Positions 60,306 to 64,000 of a DNA stretch of 64,000 nucleotides are shown here, piece by piece (position 1 is the first letter of the stretch; the number at the start of each line of letters is the position of its first letter). The notes under the pieces were generated by a model. It was not told where the DNA came from and made no database searches. It saw only the letters and a list, made by a program, of their open reading frames with translations. The DNA comes from an uncultured bacterium (GTDB lineage: Bacteria > Verrucomicrobiota > Lentisphaeria > Victivallales > UBA1829), in assembly GCA_949297765.1 (NCBI GenBank), contig CASFTV010000010.1, positions 57,305 through 121,304 of the forward strand. The letters run 5' to 3'. Position numbers and translations under genes: made by a program.

Positions 60306-60630
60306 GAGAAAAAAGCTGGCTCAAACGGTAATTTTTGGTATTTGCACCTTTAAAATGGCACCTTGTGGCACCACCGTCATTTTTCCTGTTTTCGCAACTT
60401 TTTTATTTGGCTCCGTCTTCCAGAGCCCCCCTTTGTCAATATGACAGAGGTACCATTTGTTACCATTTCAAAGAACTTTCATAGTTCCCAACGATGATAT
60501 TTTACTATAATGGCTCTGTCAGTAAAAGTCAAACCTTGATTTGCAAATGTCTCCATGGATGATATATTTTACGTGTTCAAGATTTTAGAGTAGATATAAA
60601 CTGAAGAGTTGCTGAACAGGAAAGGTCGCA

Positions 60631-61086
60631 ATGATTGTCTACCTCGGCGGATATTGTGAAATACGGACTCCGGAAATAAAGCCGAGCCGAAATAATAAAG
60701 ATTTCGGTCCCGGTTTCTATTGCACGGAGTTGTTGTCACAAGCGGAACGCTGGTCAAGGCGGTTCGACACCCCTGTTGTCAGTTTTTATGAATATACACC
60801 TGATCCTGATTTGGATATTCTGAGTTTCGATCAGATGACGGAAGAGTGGCTTGACTTTATCGTAGCCTGCCGGAACGGAACTCCGCATTCTCATGACATC
60901 GTAGCTGGCGCGATGGCCAACGATCAGATATGGAACTATGTTGCCGATTTCATCAGCGGAATCCTCACCAGAGAACAATTCTGGGTATTGGCAAAATTCA
61001 AGCATCCGACTCATCAGATTACGTTTTGCACCCCGAGAGCGTTATCCTGTTTGACTTTCTTGGAAAGCAAGGAGGTGGAACGATGA
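60631..61086 (+). CDS. DUF3990-family protein
   Basis: KDFGPGFYCT, QAERW, EWLDFI, DIVAGAMAND, THQITFCT..AL..L.F; AAAGGT upstream. Confidence 0.8.
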   Translation: MIVYLGGYCEIRTPEIKPSRNNKDFGPGFYCTELLSQAERWSRRFDTPVVSFYEYTPDPDLDILSFDQMTEEWLDFIVACRNGTPHSHDIVAGAMANDQIWNYVADFISGILTREQFWVLAKFKHPTHQITFCTPRALSCLTFLESKEVER

Positions 61087-61544
61087 CCGGGCGTGAAGAC
61101 CGTCAGGAAAACGATCTTTTCTTTGTCTGTTCGCTGATTGAAGCGATTGGGCGAAAGACAAAGAACCATCGGCGTGTAGTCGTAAACGCTTTTGGAATTG
61201 CCGAGATTCGTCATCTGCTGGAGCTGGCAGACATCTATCACAGCGAGAATATGGAGAAGCTGATCGACAATCTGACAGAGAAATACCATATACCGCAGGG
61301 AACCTTTGATAATGTCGCAGTTTGCCGTTACACAGTTCCTTCCGTTTTTGATATTGGCAAAGTCTATAAGCGGTTGATTGTTGCGGTTTCCCAAGCAAAA
61401 GGGATTGACTTTTCCGATGCACTGATCGAAGTTTACAACTCCTGGATAGCCGACCGACTGAATGATTACAACAGCAGCATGTTCTTTGAAAATCCGGAGT
61501 ATATCTATCAATCGTATCTGGCAGGTCAACCATTGCAGCAGTAA
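61083..61544 (+). CDS. Hypothetical protein translationally coupled to the DUF3990 gene
   Basis: AAGGAGG then ATGA overlap with the upstream stop; NDLFFVCSLIE...DIGKVYKRLI...DYNSSMFFENPEYI. Confidence 0.75.
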   Translation: MTGREDRQENDLFFVCSLIEAIGRKTKNHRRVVVNAFGIAEIRHLLELADIYHSENMEKLIDNLTEKYHIPQGTFDNVAVCRYTVPSVFDIGKVYKRLIVAVSQAKGIDFSDALIEVYNSWIADRLNDYNSSMFFENPEYIYQSYLAGQPLQQ

Positions 61545-61569
61545 TGTATCCAGTTATCAATCTTCATGT

Positions 61570-62634
61570 CTATTGTTGAACTTCCCACACCCCATTACGT
61601 TTTCCGTTTCTACGAGTAAGAAGATTCTTCTCTTGCAATGTTTTTGTCAGGGACTTCACAGTTCGCTCTGATTTCCCAATTTTCTCAGCGATCATTTTCT
61701 GTGTCGCATGTGGGTTCTGAGACAAGAACTCCAGTACTGCCGCTTCCTCCAAAGTGCAAATCTTGCACTTTGGAGTTGCACTTTGAACCCTATCCTCTGT
61801 CTTCCAAAGGATATGACAAAAGCGGTTTTTGAGTTCATTCCGTCCATGAAAGAGTAGATTTTCAAAAAATCTTTCCAGAAAAACCGTTGATGCGAAGATT
61901 CCTTGAACATAGTTATTGTAGTTCGCCCGCACCAGTGCATTTCGGAAATACCATGAGTGCCGTTTGAATGGCTCATTGTTGACTGTAAATCCGAATTTGC
62001 GCAGATAGAGAATAGCGAATACTGCGGTTGTTCTGGTGTTTCCTTCCATGAACGGGTGTATCTGCCACAGTCCGGAAATAAATTTGCAGATATGTTTTAC
62101 CGCTTCCTGCGATGACAGCCCCTGATATGAAAACTGACGCTCCTGCGAAAAATCGTACTCCAATGTTTCTTTCAGCAGCTCGGCAGGCGCATAAACGACG
62201 CTCTCTCCATCCAGCACCCATTCACGTTTCAAGATATTTACATTGCGATATTTCCCCGCATGTGGAAACACTCCTTCGAAGAGCCGCTTGTGCAACTGCA
62301 AATATTCCTCCGGGATAAAAGCAAAGGCTTCTTCGGCAAGAACCGCCATGATCCGGGTTGCCACTATATCGGCTTCATCGGTTCGCGCAGCGGTGAGTTT
62401 ACGTCCTTCTTCTGTCTGGTAATATTCTGCGATGCGCTTCTGGGCGGCAGCAAGATCAAGGGTCCCTTCAATATGCTGTTTCGCGGTATCCAACAGATAG
62501 GAGGAGTTCTGCAGTCTGTCGACATCTTGCAGGCCAATAGCGATCTGCCAATTTTCCGCACGTTGTCTGCGGGACGGTTCTCCCTGAATGATATATTCAT
62601 CAAAAATATGTTTTTTGTTGGCATCCATACGCAT
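61570..62634 (-). CDS. Fic/DOC family protein with C-terminal winged HTH
   Basis: WQIHPFMEGNTRT Fic motif; N-terminal AIGLQDVD; C-terminal TQKMIAEKIGKSERTVK...RRNGKRNGVWEV. Confidence 0.9.
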   Translation of the reverse strand: MRMDANKKHIFDEYIIQGEPSRRQRAENWQIAIGLQDVDRLQNSSYLLDTAKQHIEGTLDLAAAQKRIAEYYQTEEGRKLTAARTDEADIVATRIMAVLAEEAFAFIPEEYLQLHKRLFEGVFPHAGKYRNVNILKREWVLDGESVVYAPAELLKETLEYDFSQERQFSYQGLSSQEAVKHICKFISGLWQIHPFMEGNTRTTAVFAILYLRKFGFTVNNEPFKRHSWYFRNALVRANYNNYVQGIFASTVFLERFFENLLFHGRNELKNRFCHILWKTEDRVQSATPKCKICTLEEAAVLEFLSQNPHATQKMIAEKIGKSERTVKSLTKTLQEKNLLTRRNGKRNGVWEVQQ

Positions 62635-62667
62635 AGAATCCGCTATAAGTTTTGCAGAGAGGAAGTT

Positions 62668-63225
62668 TCATTTTATCTTAATCCGTTTGTAGGCCTCATT
62701 CCAGGCGATTTCAGCGTCATGTGCCACCTGATATCGTCCGATCAGACAACTTCCCGAACATGATGGTTCATCACAGCAAATGGTAGTTCCTTCCCGATAA
62801 GACGAAACAATAGACGGGTTCGCTCCACAGAAAGGGCATGGAAACAGTCCCGGCCATTCATCTTCATCTTTTCTGTTGATTTCAGATTCAACATCGACTG
62901 GATCACCCATGCGTTCAGCAAGAGGTCTTTTATCGCCATGCCAGTCTACTTTCCAGCACATTAATTGAGGTCGCCCCGATGGAGAACAGGTTATCCGGTA
63001 AACATAATCTACGATCTCGTCTCCGGAACGATTCAAATCAAGGCGATTATCTTTGTCGATGAAAAGGGCATATAAAACCTCTGCCGGAGAAACTCCCGGT
63101 TCCTGTCGTTCGCAAAAACGATAAAGGGCCTCCCCAAGTCCCCTGCGGACATAACCGTCATGATTGCAATACAGTTTCAACGTACTGCCATTCACACCAA
63201 TCAAATAAACAATAGCCCTGGTCAT
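62668..63225 (-). CDS. Hypothetical phage/ICE-type protein with C-terminal Lar-like zinc-binding domain
   Basis: N-terminal LYCNHDGY; C-terminal PCPFCG...CDEPSC...AEIAWN. Confidence 0.65.
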   Translation of the reverse strand: MTRAIVYLIGVNGSTLKLYCNHDGYVRRGLGEALYRFCERQEPGVSPAEVLYALFIDKDNRLDLNRSGDEIVDYVYRITCSPSGRPQLMCWKVDWHGDKRPLAERMGDPVDVESEINRKDEDEWPGLFPCPFCGANPSIVSSYREGTTICCDEPSCSGSCLIGRYQVAHDAEIAWNEAYKRIKIK

Positions 63226-63253
63226 TACTTCTCAGCTTCCTTCCATGAAGGCT

Positions 63254-63448
63254 TCATATTGAATAAATTATAAATTCTTCCTCCTCTTTAATATACCATA
63301 AAAACTGATTTTTTTCAACCATGACATGCGGGGTGAGTTGCGGTTGTCCATGAAAACGAGGACAACTTGATTTGGGGGTAAAATGTTTGTTGAATGAGGA
63401 AGGATGTTTTATAACCAAAGTAAAGTTTTCTCTTTCTGCGGTCGTCAT
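63254..63448 (-). CDS. Small hypothetical protein
   Basis: 64-aa ORF co-oriented and closely packed with its neighbours; no recognised motif. Confidence 0.35.
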   Translation of the reverse strand: MTTAERENFTLVIKHPSSFNKHFTPKSSCPRFHGQPQLTPHVMVEKNQFLWYIKEEEEFIIYSI

Positions 63449-63469
63449 GCTGCAGAAAGAGAAGTAAGC

Positions 63470-63984
63470 TCATATTATTTGAGAAGCTCCGTAGCTCCGC
63501 TGATGTGGTATCCGTTCATTCCAGAGCTGGGATTCGGTCAGACTCAGAATCCATTGATCCAGATGTTCCATCATTTCTGTTGAATTGTTTATTGTAATTT
63601 GGATGTTATTCATCTGTTCGACAGGATATGCGGAATGAGGTGTCCAGAGACGTTTGATTGTGGGATACAGCTCGCTTAAATCATAATGCCCGTATCTATC
63701 GCAGATGAAAAGGAAGAGTATGTAGCGTTCTCCGTATGGATCATAATGCCAGCAGTAAGTCGGGATGAATGCTTTTCTGCTCAAGGTGATCTTAAGAGAG
63801 TTCAGGTATTTGGAGAACATGCTTTTCTGCTCAAGGTAATCTTGAGAGAGTTCAGGTATTTGGAGAACTCTCCGCCATTGATCGCATGGAACTGATAGAT
63901 TCCAACAGATACGGATTCGTACCTGGCAAGATAGCGTTCGATGATGTTGTGAATGACGCTTTGTAATGGATGGTGTTCATTCAT
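63470..63984 (-). pseudogene. Hypothetical protein split by a 50-bp tandem duplication
   Basis: AAGGAG before ATG 63984; peptide FSKYLNSLKITLSRKA occurs in both ORF 63802..63984 and ORF 63470..63820. Confidence 0.7.
63769..63868. repeat. 50-bp tandem duplication with 2 mismatches
   Basis: ATGCTTTTCTGCTCAAGGT(G/A)ATCTT(A/G)AGAGAGTTCAGGTATTTGGAGAAC at 63769-63818 and 63819-63868. Confidence 0.95.
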
Positions 63985-64000
63985 GGCTTTTCTCCTTGAG

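Larger units (their letters stand above)
60220..64000. mobile_element. End of a putative integrated element / genomic island (lower GC), continuing beyond the window
   Basis: Abrupt compositional shift inside an ORF; short direct repeats near the boundary; cargo of DUF3990-type pair, Fic and Lar-like genes. No integrase in the window. Confidence 0.65.

Noticed and set aside
63769-63868. Possible CRISPR array
   Set aside because: Two directly adjacent copies with no spacer, inside a coding frame; no cas genes in the window.

Overview
Bacterial chromosomal window of roughly 60% GC by eye. It most likely comes from a Lentisphaerae/Victivallales-like PVC bacterium (inferred from the DUF1559-like prepilin genes placed inside carbohydrate loci). 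1-25 kb is accessory: two parallel cassettes of GntR/LacI-type regulator, prepilin-like gene and large secreted glycan-active protein(s), plus an SGNH esterase, an OmpR/PhoR-type two-component system with an RND pump, an MFS transporter and a GH151-like glycosidase. 25-57 kb is mostly housekeeping (nadA, two PilT-family ATPases, tRNA-Met/Ile2(CAT), glgP, dnaG, prmC, ruvB, tkt, tyrA, pyrF, rlmI, a stand-alone 5'-3' exonuclease, gpmI, a chromate transporter pair, an aldose epimerase). At about 60.2 kb a secreted glycoside hydrolase gene is cut by an abrupt switch to AT-richer DNA carrying a DUF3990-type gene pair, a Fic-HTH gene and a Lar-like gene, probably the end of an integrated element. Most notable: the pilin-associated glycan loci, a two-copy multi-hairpin intergenic element with a compensatory base change, strong over-representation of TCCGGA, and several single-lesion gene disruptions (amber stop, homopolymer frameshifts, ATA start, 50-bp duplication) confined to accessory genes. 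All family assignments come from motif recognition by eye, not database searches.
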